DNA of 64,000 nt. It comes from Eledone cirrhosa. Lineage: Eukaryota. The notes beneath the pieces are model-generated. The model was not told the origin of the DNA. It saw only the letters and a program-made list of their open reading frames with translations, and did no database searches. A program made the position numbers and the translations under genes. The stretch lies in NCBI GenBank assembly GCA_964016885.1, contig OZ024758.1, positions 29,326,001 through 29,390,000 of the forward strand. The letters are read 5' to 3'. Of this stretch, positions 12,890-26,050 are shown piece by piece (position 1 is the stretch's first letter; every line of letters begins with the position of its first letter).

Positions 12890-13589
12890 GTAAATTTTCT
12901 TAAAGACCCTCTACAGATCCTGCCATGTGTTGCTACGTTGTAACGTTTTCATTACGACTTATTTTACGCACACTCTCGACATGCAGGTTCAACGTAAATA
13001 TTGTTATTTCCTTATTTTCATCTAATAATTTTTATATTTCCTTTGGAAAAAATCAAGATACAGTTTATGACATTTTTTACTATTTATCAAATAACCCTTG
13101 TTAAATTGCCATCGAGTTGAAAAATTAACGACTGTGACCATGTGGACATGAAATATTGATCACTTGACTTGTTATAACAGATTATATCTATCGTCGGCTT
13201 TACAAACTACTTATTTGGCATTTAAATTAATAATTAATTCTTTTAAAGTTAAAATAGAATCTGTTTGTTGTAAATCAGAAAAAGCAGTTTTTAAAAGTTT
13301 CATTTTCGCTAGGAAAAAAAAAGAAGAAAAACCAATACGAGGAAATGTTTAGTCGTACAACTGAATACCGTTTCCTTTTAGAATTCGTATTGCTTATGCG
13401 GATGACGATGACTGATAAACAGAGATCAAAATATAGTTAAGGTTTAAATAAAGAAAAAATTTGAAAAAAAAAACGTTGACACCAATAAAAAGTGGGGGGA
13501 AACACCCTCCAAAAAAACATTGGTACCAGCTGTTTAAATTTTTCATTTCATGGTGAGTTTATAGCATATTGTTTATCACCTCTTTGCAG

Positions 13590-13708
13590 TATTAATAAGA
13601 TGTTTGGTAAAACTCCTTCAAACCAAGATGCAGCTCCGATGAGTCTTGAGGAAAAATTTACTCACAGAATAAATAAACAGAAGAGAAAACTCCAACAAAA
13701 GGAAAAAG
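13590..13708 (+). CDS. Uncharacterised Lys-rich protein, exon 2
   Basis: TTTGCAG acceptor, G|GTAAGT donor, 119 nt, phase 2 to 1, encodes INKMFGKTPSNQDAAPMSLEEKFTHRINKQKRKLQQKEK. Confidence 0.82.
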
Positions 13709-15044
13709 GTAAGTCATGATTTGATGTCATTTCTTGATTTAGACACAAGGTTAACAATTTTTGCGAAGGAGAAAGTCTATTAGATTGACCCCAGTGCATT
13801 ACTGGTACTTTATTTTATTGACCCCCGTAAGGATGAAAGGCAAAGCTCATCTTGGCCTTGTTTGAACTCAGAATGTAACTATATGCCACAAAGTATTTTG
13901 TCTGACACTCTACCAATGCTGCCAATTTATCACACTATTTCATGTCATAATGATTGGAAGCTCATACTGTCAAAGGCACATTCTAGGTGGCTAGAAATAA
14001 TTGTTTCTACTTTTGGCACAAGGCCAGCAATTACCCAGTGTATTACTGGTACTTTATTTTATCGACCCCATAAGGATGAAAGGCAAAGTTAACCTCGGCG
14101 GGATTTGAACTCAGAATGGCAAGGGCCGTAACTCTATGCGTCAAAGCATGGCGTCCGACCCTCTACCGATACTGCCAATCCAGGTCCAATATCAGGGCTG
14201 ATTAGATATTAGATAAATGGATTCAGAGCTTATATAACTTTTAGCTTGTTTCATCATCATCATTTCATGTCCGCTTTTCCCTGCTTGCAAGGGTGGGACG
14301 GGAAGTGATTCTGGCTTGATTTCTACAGCTGGATGCCCTTCCTAACACCAACCTCATTTACAGTGAGTGCTGGGTCCTTTTTTCCATGGCGCCTACACGT
14401 CCACTTTACAGTGTGGGTTGGGTGTTTTTGGCCGTGGCACCTCCACGACCACTTTGCAGTGGAATGATAGGGACCCCAGTCCTATCATCTCATTTCTACA
14501 GCTGAGTAAACTGGAGCAATGTGAAATAAAGTGTCTTGCTCAAGGAAACAACACATCACCCGGTCTGAGGATACTGTCTTTCCTCCCTCCATGCTTTACA
14601 CCTGTCTTTGATACCATGGAAAAAATTATAAGTATTGCTCTTCTCTCCTTCACTAAACAGTAATATATATATATACAGATATTTGTATTATAGCATGTAC
14701 TGAGAGCATTTTATTGTGGCCCTGGCACTACCTCCTTACAGGGTGTAAAAAGCACCCAGTTCACCTTTTAAAGTGGTAGCACAGAAGTCAATAAAATGCT
14801 CCAAGTTTGTTCAGGAATAATGAGTTAAATAGTTTCATTTAGAATTCTAATGAGAGGACAATTGTTAAAGGGTTATTTAGTGGTTGTCAGTAGTTTCACT
14901 AATAAAAAAGGTAAATAATCAATACCATCATCACCATTTAATGTCTATTTTCCATGGTTTAGACAGGTTGTCATGTTCTGAGGTTAGACTGGTCAGGTGA
15001 CCATATCTTGCTCATATTCTGTTTTTTTATTTGTTTCTGCAGCT

Positions 15045-15517
15045 AAGTGGAAAGAAACTCCCTATTGTGATCACTTGGTAGAACAACAATGATCTCATAT
15101 TCAAGCAAGTTGGGGCTCCTCGTTTTGTATGACTATCTGTGAGTGGCTTGATGTCCAATTTCCAGGATGTTGGCTGGGTTGCCGAGGTCCATATGAATGG
15201 CCAGCAAGAAGCCCTGACTTAATGCCATGTGATTTTTTTTTCCTGTTGGGAAAAAGGAAGAAGTTTATAGCTTAAAAACTCTGACTCAGTTGAAGGAACA
15301 CATTCGTCATGTACTGACCATTATACCGCTTTAGTTTCTGCTGAAGTCAGTTGAAGATATACTCAGACGATTACAAACTGGTGGACAACAGCGATGCCTA
15401 TGTAAAACTTTAACACCATTAAACTGTTTAAAATAAAACATGTTTTATAAAAATCAACCAATAATTAATAAAGTTATTAACAATTTTAAATAGGGAGTTT
15501 CTTTCCATACACCCTGT
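15045..15517 (+). mobile_element. Decayed Tc1/mariner transposase 3' relic
   Basis: About 15196-15250 encodes EWPARSPDLMPCDFF (WPxxSPDLNPxD motif). Ends in CACCCTG-T, which is TIR-like. Confidence 0.7.
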
Positions 15518-15573
15518 GTACAATTGTTTGAATAAAAATTCTTTTAAGTTTACTTTATCATTTGTTTTGCCAG

Positions 15574-15823
15574 AAGTCGAAAATGTTGTTAAGAAAAAAA
15601 AGAAAAAAGTTGATACTATTCCGAATACTCTCAGTAAAACAGAAATAGTCACCATGAAGAAAAAGGCGGCAACTATTGTTAATGGAAAGGGAACTAAAGT
15701 AGGATGCGAGACAAATTCAATGCACTCAGTGGAGAATATCAAATTGAGGCTCGAGAAAGATACTTTGTCACGGTCAGCAAGAAAAAAACTTCGACGCAAA
15801 TTAAAAGGAATTCTGAATAAAAG
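15574..15823 (+). CDS. Uncharacterised Lys-rich protein, exon 3
   Basis: TTTTGCCAG acceptor, AG|GTAATA donor, 250 nt, phase 1 to 2. Basic NLS-like stretches KKKKKK and RKKLRRKLK. Confidence 0.82.
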
Positions 15824-17551
15824 GTAATAACCTGATCTTATTTTCTGGTCGACTATTACTTTGACAAAGGGTTGGCACAACTGCTTCAGTTAGTGGAGAA
15901 ATCTATGAGAATGCAGGTGTGGCAAGCTGCATGTATTCTAGCCATTAGAAAAAGCAAAATGAATGTTTCACTTTCAATGGAGGGATGATTCAAGAAGATT
16001 TTGTTTAGTATTTATTTCTGTTGAAGGTGTTGCAGGGTGGTTGAACAAATTTCAGGATGTCTTGTGAGGTAAAGTGATTCCTTGCTGGTCTATTCTACAT
16101 CAGTAGGAGTATCATCATTATCAGTATTTTGCAAGGACTAGACAGGTTGTCACGTACTAAGGCTGAACAAGACAGGTTGTCACATACTAAGGCTGAACAA
16201 GACAGATGACCATATGCTCTCTTTTGGCCCGGATGTATTTCCTAATGCCAACCACTTCTTGGCATGTACTGAGAGTATTTTATTGTGATTTCAGCGCTAT
16301 CACTGGATACCTTTTGTTGTGAAATCAATACTACTACCTTACAGGGTGGGCCGGGTGCTTTTTGTTGTGATACAAGTACAACCACTTTAGTGTGGGTTGG
16401 GTGCATTTTGTTCTGGCACAGACACTACCACTTTTTCACACTAGGGTGCTCATTGTGTTGTCTTTAACCAGACTGAAGGCAATGATAAAAACAGGGGTGG
16501 AGTGAAACTATATGTTGCTTGCTAAGAGGAGTGAAAGAGAGAGAGTCAGAGGTATCTGGCCATGCATTTGAGGGTTGGGGTACATCTGTCTTTGCATATT
16601 GGCATGGTTAGATGAGAGAGGAATAAAATCAGGGATGTGAATGGGGAGAATAAGTGTTGGGTCACAGGGGTAACCTTGAATTAAGTGATGTCTGGCAATA
16701 CCCTTCATATTTTGCTGTGCTCTCATTGCTTATTGCAGTGCTTTTATCTAGTCTAGTTGCTTGTACATGGCTTGCATCACTTCTGTTCGTGTGTCTTCCT
16801 TATTTGGCATGGATGACCAACCACTTTACAGAGTGCATTATTATTATGCTACTGGCACTAGAGAGATCTCTGCAGATGAACTAAAGAATTCTCAATTCTG
16901 TATTAGTTTTTATTTAACCCTTTAGTGTTCAAACCGGCCATAATTCTCTACCTCTTACTGTTGAAACTGGTCACTCAAACTGATGTTAAGGTATTGTTTT
17001 CAAAATCTCATAGATTCGATATTATGTGAGATAAAGCCTTTACCATGAAAATATAATAGTATATATAAAATAATGTGAATGCTAAAGCGTTAAAGTTACT
17101 GCTTTGCTTTCCTAGATAAGTTGCTTGCAGAGTCCATATCTCTTCCATTCATTCAGACATTGATAACTTATGATATAACTGAGACTTAATTACCATATTT
17201 GCCAGCCTATTGGATGCATTTTTTTCCCAAAATATCTTCTCTGCATCCAATATGGCCATAACATTGATGGGAGGTCAAATGAAGGGTCATGACAATCATG
17301 GTTAAAAAAATTTAGTTTGTATTACTATTAGTATTACTAATACAATATAATTTTTATAAACAAAATGAAGTTGAACTTTCGGAAAAAACAATGAAATAAT
17401 TTTTAATAAATTTATAAAGAAATGTACTAAAATTATTTTTTTCTCAAAATGCTCTTGTAAAATCAGAGTGGCATCCAATAGGCCAGCAAATACAGTATTT
17501 TCCAAAATGATACATTGTTTATATTTATGTTTTATTTATATCTATTTACAG

Positions 17552-17762
17552 CAATGAATCTGTCTCACACAATGAAGAAGGAGAGAGAAAAAATATAACT
17601 TCAAATAACTTAAACGTAGGAAAAGTAAAAAAAAGTATAAATAACTATCATAAAGTTGCTCCATCTACACCAAAAATGAACGGACATCATATAGAAATAG
17701 ATACAACTCCAAACACAGTTACCAAAAACAACAGATCTGATAAAGACATAAATAATAAAAAG
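17552..17762 (+). CDS. Uncharacterised Lys-rich protein, exon 4
   Basis: TTTACAG acceptor, AAG|GTATGA donor, 211 nt, open in the expected phase (2 to 0). Confidence 0.8.
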
Positions 17763-18438
17763 GTATGAATTGAAATATATGGTACAGATTTTGTTTCTTT
17801 TTCAAATTGTTTGCTGCACTGCAAATAAATATGACATGTATACTCCATAATTAAAGACCGACAAGTTTAAAAAAGTCAGTACAATGTTTTGTATTAATTA
17901 AACTACTTTATACTCCATACTGTAAAGTGGTTGTGAAGGTGTCATGACAAAAAGACCCAGCACGGGCAAGTGTCTTCTACTATAGCCTAGGGCTGACATG
18001 CCGTGTCGGTGTATTTCGTAGATGGAAACGGTATGTGCTTTTGTTTCTCTTCTCTGCATATTCAACATGGCACATGGTAATTGTTTACGTTTAACTCTTT
18101 AGCATTTACATTACTCTATATTTATTATTGTATTTTTACAGTAAATGCTTTACCTCACAATATACTGAATCTACGAGATTTTGATATTATTTTGAGAACA
18201 ATACCTTAAAATAACTGAGCAGCCAGTTTAAACAGAAAATGTTGAGAGAATACAACTGGTTTAAATGCTAAGGGGTTAATGTAATCAGAACCTCACTGTT
18301 CTGCAGTGAGATACTCGAAGATCTGTGAGTTACTTAAAAAGATTTAGAAAATAAGTGGTTTGGTGTCATCTGAGTCAAATTTTGCTTTCTGTCTTGTGAA
18401 AATCTATATATAATCTCTCCAATTTAAACTCATTTCAG

Positions 18439-18885
18439 CAAAATTTCTCACAAAAACAGACAAACCAAGAGGCTTGCTCACAAAAACAGACAAACCAAGA
18501 GGCTTGCTCACAAAAAAAGACGAACCAAGAGGCTTGCTCACAAAAACAGATAAACCAAGAGGCTTGCTCACAAAAACAGACAAACCAAGAGGCTTGCTCA
18601 CAAAAACAGACAAACCAAGAGGCTTGCTCACAAAAAAAGACGACCCAAGAAGCTTTCTCGCAAAAACAGACAAACCAAGAAGCTTTCTCGCAAAAACAGA
18701 CAAACCAAGAGGCTTGCTCACAAAAAAAGACGACCCAAGAGGCTTGCTCACAAAAACAGACAAACCAAGAGGCTTGCTCACAAAAACAGACAAACCAAGA
18801 GGCTTCAGCTATTATATTAAAAAAGAGGAAAAAGAAGAGAAGTAAACAAAAAAATCTAAAGAAAGACAACAGACCAGATCATTTG
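18439..18885 (+). CDS. Uncharacterised Lys-rich protein, exon 5 (12 x SQKQTNQEAC repeat, then KKRSKQKNLKKDNRPDHL)
   Basis: TTTCAG acceptor, TTG|GTAAG donor, 447 nt = 149 codons, open in phase 0. Confidence 0.82.
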
Positions 18886-19374
18886 GTAAGCAATATTCTG
18901 TAATAGTCAACTTTGCTTTTCATCAGTCTAGTGCCGGGGGTGATTCTTCTCTGGAAGAGATCTGTGTTCAGAAATGGAGAGGGTATTAAATCTATTTTGA
19001 GAACTAAGCTTTTATAAGCTGTTTCTGTTGCAGTTTTAATTAACTCTTTAGCATTTACATTACTCTATATATATTATTGTATTTTGCGACATAATACCGA
19101 ATCCATTAGATTTTGATAACACGACGTAAACATCAGTGTGAGTGGCTAGTAACGGCCAGTTTGAACAGAAATAGGTGAGAGAATTCTGGCCGTATATAAA
19201 TAGTTTAAATGCTAAAAGAGGATTAATTAAGGTTGCTAGCCTCTTGTTCCATCCATCCACTCTTCCCCCCTCAGCACAGGCCAAATACTAATCTAGCATT
19301 TTGAAGTTAAGGGAGGGGGGTTCAAAAACTCTGGATTTTCATTGCTAATTCTGGTTTACCCATATCATTATATA

Positions 19375-19571
19375 CAGGATGAGTCATAAGTAACCAGGCA
19401 GTCAATGTTATTACAAGGTTCACGGATAACATCTGCTTATTTGTGTGTGATCAGCCGTAGTTACATCTTTTAACTACTTTTGTTTGATATATTTATAATT
19501 TCATAATAATATATGACCAGAACTTTAGTAAATATCATGTTGGACTGCCCGGTTACTTATGACTCACTCTG
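19375..19571. mobile_element. Tc1/mariner-type MITE
   Basis: TA-CAGGATGAGTCATAAGTAACCAGGCAGTC ... GACTGCCCGGTTACTTATGACTCACTCTG-TA. Confidence 0.85.
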
Positions 19572-20087
19572 TATTCCATCTTAATGCTAAGTTTCAATCA
19601 AATTGTTGCTTCAAATATACTTCATTATAACTTTTAACATTGACTGCACACGTGAAGAGAACAATATCATAGCCCCAACTCCCTGAACAGCATGCAACTA
19701 AAACTATCAAGACTGCTACAAATGCTAAGCTTCTGAGGCACAGAGGGTGTCTGTGGCTGAAGCACATCTTCAATATAACAAAGGCTGACTTTCCACTTCA
19801 GTCACCAATACCTGATTGTTTCTACTTTAGGCACAAGACTAGCAATTTGAAGGTGAGAGGAAATTGACCCCAGTGAGTTACTGGTATTTTATTGGATGAA
19901 AGGCAAAGCTAACTCTGGTTTCTCCTCACCCTGAGCGGATAAATCTTTCGCCTTTTACTAATACCTAATAATAACTCCCTATAAATCTCTGAGTGCCACA
20001 ATGGAGTATTGCACGATAGCAAAACTGATTGCTATAAAGCCACGCACCAATACACTTAAACTTCCAGCCACCAGATATGCTGTCTCC

Positions 20088-21914
20088 TCTCTTTTTCTAA
20101 CACTTCTACAAAGACCAATGCCACTGAGCCGGCTCATCTCTCTCTTTTCAAACACTACTACAAAGACCAATGCCACTGAGCCGGCTCATCTCTCTCTTTT
20201 CAAACACTACTACAAAGACCAATGCCACTGAGCCGGCTCATCTCTCTTTTCTAACACTACTACAAAGACCAATGCCACTGAGCCGGCTCATCTCTCTTTT
20301 CTAACACTACTACAAAGACCAATGCCACTGAGCCGGCTCATCTCTCTTTTCTAACACTACTACAAAGACCAATGCCACTGAGCCGGCTCATCTCTCTCTT
20401 TTCTAACACTACTACAAAGACCAATGCCACTGAGCCGGCTCATCTCTCCCTTTTCTAACACTACTACAAAGACCAATGCCACTGAGCCGGCTCATCTCTC
20501 CCTTTTCTAACACTACTACAAAGACCAATGCCACTGAGCCGGCTCATCTCTCCCTTTTCTAACACTACTACAAAGACCAATGCCACTGAGCCGGCTCATC
20601 TCTCCCTTTTCTAACACTACTACAAAGACCAATGCCACTGAGCCGGCTCATCTCTCCCTTTTCTAACACTACTACAAAGACCAATGCCACTGAGCCGGCT
20701 CATCTCTCCCTTTTCTAACACTACTACAAAGACCAATGCCACTGAGCCGGCTCATCTCTCTTTTCTAACACTACTACAAAGACCAATGCCACTGAGCCGG
20801 CTCATCTCTCTCTTTTCTAACACTACTACAAAGACCAATGCCACTGAGCCGGCTCATCTCTCCCTTTTCTAACACTACTACAAAGACCAATGCCACTGAG
20901 CCGGCTCATCTCTCTCTTTTCTAACACTACTACAAAGACCAATGCCACTGAGCCGGCTCATCTCTCCCTTTTCTAACACTACTACAAAGACCAATGCCAC
21001 TGAGCCGGCTCATCTCTCTCTTTTCTAACACTACTACAAAGACCAATGCCACTGAGCCGGCTCATCTCTCCCTTTTCTAACACTACTACAAAGACCAATG
21101 CCACTGAGCCGGCTCATCTCTCTCTTTTCTAACACTACTACAAAGACCAATGCCACTGAGCCGGCTCATCTCTCCCTTTTCTAACACTACTACAAAGACC
21201 AATGCCACTGAGCCGGCTCATCTCTCCCTTTTCTAACACTACTACAAAGACCAATGCCACTGAGCCGGCTCATCTCTCTCTTTTCTAACACTACTACAAA
21301 GACCAATGCCACTGAGCCGGCTCATCTCTCCCTTTTCTAACACTACTACAAAGACCAATGCCACTGAGCCGGCTCATCTCTCTCTTTTCTAACACTACTA
21401 CAAAGACCAATGCCACTGAGCCGGCTCATCTCTCTCTTTTCTAACACTACTACAAAGACCAATGCCACTGAGCCGGCTCATCTCTCCCTTTTCTAACACT
21501 ACTACAAAGACCAATGCCACTGAGCCGGCTCATCTCTCTCTTTTCTAACACTACTACAAAGACCAATGCCACTGAGCCGGCTCATCTCTCCCTTTTCTAA
21601 CACTACTACAAAGACCAATGCCACTGAGCCGGCTCATCTCTCTTTTCTAACACTACTACAAAGACCAATGCCACTGAGCCGGCTCATCTCTCTTTTCTAA
21701 CACTACTACAAAGACCAATGCCACTGAGCCGGCTCATCTCTCTCTTTTCTAACACTACTACAAAGACCAATGCCACTGAGCCGGCTCATCTCTCTTTTCT
21801 AACACTACTACAAAGACCAATGCCACTGAGCCGGCTCATCTCTCTTTTCTAACACTTCTACAAAGACCAATGCCACTGAGCCGGCTCATCTCTCTCTTTT
21901 CTAACACTACTACA
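20088..21914. repeat. 52-54-bp minisatellite (about 34 copies) with internal palindrome TGAGCCGGCTCA
   Basis: Unit CTAACACTACTACAAAGACCAATGCCACTGAGCCGGCTCATCTCTC(CC/TC)TTTT. Confidence 0.96.
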
Positions 21915-22181
21915 CTCTGGGCCAGCTGGTCTTGCACCACTTCCACTCCCAACTTATTACATATATTATGTCCCTAAGAAGGTGTGCTAGGAAGGGCCTC
22001 CAGCTTTAGAATGAATGAGCAAGACAGGCATTTGACCTGCTTGTCTAACCTCAGAACATGATAACCCATGCAAGTGTCGAAAATAAATGTAAAATGGTGA
22101 AGATGTATGTGTGTGTATATATGTATATTGTCAAGGAAAAATAAATAAATTAAATACATTTTGATGTTTTCTTTTATACAG

Positions 22182-22229
22182 AAACCTTCCAGCCATCAAG
22201 ACAAAGGTCTCGGTCAAAACAAAGTTTGA
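22182..22229 (+). CDS. Uncharacterised Lys-rich protein, last coding exon (KPSSHQDKGLGQNKV*)
   Basis: Pyrimidine-rich acceptor TTTTCTTTTATACAG, phase 0, TGA at 22227-22229, AATAAA at 22817. Confidence 0.68.
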   Translation, partial: KPSSHQDKGLGQNKV

Positions 22230-24556
22230 GAAAACTAGACATGGTTACGTTTATGTCTTGTGAAATCGTGTATTGAAACAGATATCGCTAGATTTGGGGG
22301 TGGTCATCTTGCCAGTATAAACACATGCACTATTTGACTTTCATTCCAGCTTTATCACCATGGGTTAATTTGTCAAAGCTCTTTCATCACACCTTCTGTG
22401 ACCTCCTCAATGACCATTTGTTTACCCATCTTGTCTGCGCGTGTTTCTATCTGTTTGGCATGTATTGCACTGTTTGTATCTGTCTTTTTCCCCTTTTCAT
22501 GTGTCTTAGTCTGTCTTTAGTCACTAAGTTGTGGGAGTGAGGGTGTTACTATACCGTTCGTGTTTTCTATTATGTGTGTGGACAGGATCTTAACATCTAT
22601 GTTATTTATCGAGACCCCATGTTCTAGTTTGGTATGTTGGTATAGCTCTGACAAGGAAGAAAAGGAGACACAACAAAAAATAGCCATTGAGAAGGCTGCA
22701 AAAAGAACTAATGATAATAAACCTGAAGTGAAAGTCAAATAGTGTGTGTGTTTTTATTGACAAAATAACCATCTCCAAATATAACAATAACTATATATTG
22801 TATTATATTTTTAACGAATAAAAATTAAATATTTTTAAGTAATCTGTCTTTTCAATGTTTTTTTCTCATTCACTCTTGATAATAGTGTCACTTTTCATTT
22901 CCAGCATGAAAGAATTGCTAATTTAAAAAAAACAAAAAACAATTTCAGTGCAGCAACGCCATTTAATAGATTTTTAAGCCGCCCCATTTTATTTTATTTC
23001 ATTAAAAAAAATCTAATCAGGTAATTATTGATATAATGCATTCTTAAGTTTAGTTTTCACTTGGGATTTTTAAATGGACCATTTAGAGAGGTTGCTTCAG
23101 GACCCTCTAGAACTGTGGTCCACAGAAAAACTTCGACATTTGTAATTTTTATGTTTTATTAATAATAAAACAAAAATAATATTTGGTTAAAATATATTTA
23201 ATAAGACCCCCTAAAAATGTTTCTCCTCAGTAAAGAACTAACATCCATGAAAGAATTTTACACCTATGTATCATCTATCGACAATATGACAGGTACACTT
23301 CAGTATTGTTTAATAAAATGGAAGTTCTCGGATCATTATTTTACAAATGTATTTATCTTTTAAAAAAAAAATTCATATTAATGGGTCTGCAGGATTTAGT
23401 GGCTCGTGAGGTCAGAAAGGTTGGGGACCGCTGCCCTAACAGCTATCTCTGTGGATGATGATTCACACCTACTTACTGTGGTTATTCAGCCCTGATTAAG
23501 CAAGCGTATGGTCAACAACACTCCAGCTGTATCCCCACACCCCTCTTTTGTATAGTGGGGACTACATTGTTAAATGTATCCGCCTTTATTTAAATCAAGA
23601 ATGTTTTGAGGGAGATTTGGCTGCTGTTTCTAGGGAGTCAAGCAACTATGTAGAGGTTTCCTTATTGGCATCTCAGAATTGACCGTCTTGCTAGTTCTCT
23701 TTCTTTACTGTATTACTCCATCAGTTTTGAAAGTAAACTTTACTCTCTACCAGCTCCCACATCACTGATGGCTTGTCTAAGTAATGAAGATTTCTAACAG
23801 CACAAGACCAGCCATCTTGAGGGAGAGTAAAGTCGATTATCCCTTTAGCATTTAAACCGGCCATATCCGGCCAGATTTCTCTCACCTCTTTCTGTTTTAA
23901 CCAGCCATAACCGACTGCTCATACTTATGCTAGGGTATTGTTCTCAAAATAAATAATATCAAAATTTTATAAATTTGATATTAAGTGAAATAAAGTGTTT
24001 ACTCTGAAAATACAATATAAAAATATAGAGTGTAAACACTAAAGAGTTAAATCAACTGTATTTTATTAACTTTGAAAAGGTAAAAGGCAAAGTTAATTTC
24101 ACCAGGATTTGAACTCAGAACAAATACTGCTTTGCATTTGTCTGACACTCTAACCACTGTGTTTACTATGAAAATACAATAGTAAAATATAGAGTAATGT
24201 AAACACTAAAGGGTGAAAGGCAAAGTTAATTTCATCAGGATTTGAACTCAGAACAAATACTGCTTTGCATTTGTCCAACACTAACCACTCCCATGACTAA
24301 AAGTGGTTGTGTAGGAGTCAAGATAAAAAACACCAAGTCCACTCTGTAAATGTGATTGGCATTAGGACAGGCATCCAGCTGTAGAAACCTAGCCCAAATC
24401 AGTTCTGTATGAGCAAGACATGGTCATCTGATCTGGCTTGTCTAACCCATGCTAGCATGGAAAAATAGACGTTAAATGGTGATAAGTTGCTGACTTTGTA
24501 ATAAACATTTAGACAACATATAACAAACAGCCCTAAAATGGCAGGTTTTATCTAAT

Positions 24557-24768
24557 TCAAGGAGAATAATGTAGATCAAACTGCTGACTATCAGCACAAA
24601 CATTAGCATGTAACTGAATAACATCTTCTGGGAAGTATTCCCCACACAGTGGGCAACTAACACAATCAGAATCCACTTCATCTAAATCCAATCTATCTGT
24701 ATTAGATGTAACAATATGGTCTTCTGCAGGGGTTTTGGTATTTCTGACATTTTTCAGCGCAAAGGAAT
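24557..24768 (-). CDS. XNDC1N: XNDC1N-like, last exon with UBZ4-type zinc finger
   Basis: 212 nt, phase 1, encodes ...VSCPLCGEYFPEDVIQLHANVCAD...SP* (CxxC-x11-H-x3-C). Confidence 0.85.
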
Positions 24769-25445
24769 CTATTAAAAAAATATAGGAAATATTTAAAAAT
24801 AAACAATAAATTAGATTTTTCTGCATTAAATTTAAAAAAAAAAATAGTGGAAATTTTTAAAGCTTAACTATTTTTCTACATCACTATCTCACATAATATC
24901 GAATCTACGAGATTTTGATATTTATTTTGAGAACAATACCTTAACATCAGCATGGGAGGCCAGTTTGAACAGAAAGAGATGAGAGGTTTGGCCAGTTTAA
25001 ATGTTGCTAGTATGAAAATACTCCCAGTAAATGTGTGTCAGTTTATCACATGCATCTTCATATTGAAAACATTTGAAACGTGATGACATTTATGTCCTGT
25101 AGCATAGTAGTTTGATAATGTGTGGTGTATACCATACTTTTAAATAAGATATGGATTGGCATCAGAAGGGTATCTAGCCATAGAAAAGCTAACTAAAAAA
25201 AGTCACATCTAACCGATGCTAGCATTGAAAAGCAGGTGTAAAAACAATAATTGTTTCTACATCTGGCACAAGGCCAGCAATTACCCAGTACATTACTGGT
25301 ACTTTATTTTATCGACCCTGTAAGGATGAAAGGCAAAGTTAACCTCGGCGGGATTTGAACTCAGATCGTAAAGGGACGTAACTATGCTGGAAAGCATGGC
25401 GTCCGACTACCTATACTGCCAAAAAAAAAAATGGTGATGATTTAA

Positions 25446-25638
25446 CCCTTTAGTATTTAAACCGGCTGCATCTGGCCAGAATTCTCTCACCTCTTTCTTT
25501 TCAAATTGGCTGTAACTAGTCACTCATACTGATGTTAAGGTAGTGTTCTCAAAATCTCAGATTCGATATTATGTAAAAAAAAAAGCCTTTACCACAAAAA
25601 TACAATAGTATATATACAGTAATGTAAACGCTAAAGGG
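25446..25638. mobile_element. About 200-bp non-autonomous piggyBac-type MITE (representative copy). Others at about 430-590, 2937-3125, 9585-9783, 16916-17094, 18091-18279, 19040-19225, 23840-24050, 24880-25005, 25716-25942, 26957-27365, 51286-51524, 56210-56430, 57599-57745, 58610-58826, 63221-63705
   Basis: TTAA on both sides, TIR CCCTTTAG(C/T)ATTTA / TAAA(T/C)GCTAAAGGG. CCC...GGG termini in TTAA are piggyBac hallmarks. Confidence 0.8.
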
Positions 25639-26050
25639 TTAATATATATTCCACAACAAATCTCTTAGCTTATCGCTTTATCAATGGTGAATCACTATTC
25701 TTCAAAAATTCAGTTTTAACCCTTTAGCATCTACATTACTTTATATTTACTATTGTATTTTCACGGTAAAGGCTTTAGCTTACATAATTAATCACATAAT
25801 ATCTAACCTACAAGATTTTGATACAATTTATTTTGAGAACAATACCATAACATAATTATGAGCAGCCAATTACAGCCAGTTTGAACAGAAAGAGGGGAGA
25901 GAATTCTGGCTGGATATGGCTAGTTTAAATGCTAAGGGGCTAAGCTGTCAATAACAGTGCCCCAGCATGGCTTTAGCCCATTGACTGGAACTAGTAAAAA
26001 AAAGATAACAGACATATATGGATATATATTGTGGTTTGGTTTGAACTTAC

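Noticed and set aside
18404-18869. ORF-track proteins LTKTDKPRG.., FVSKPLGLS.. and CEQASWFVCF..
   Set aside because: These are alternative frames and strands of the coding minisatellite. Splice phase supports only the SQKQTNQEAC frame.
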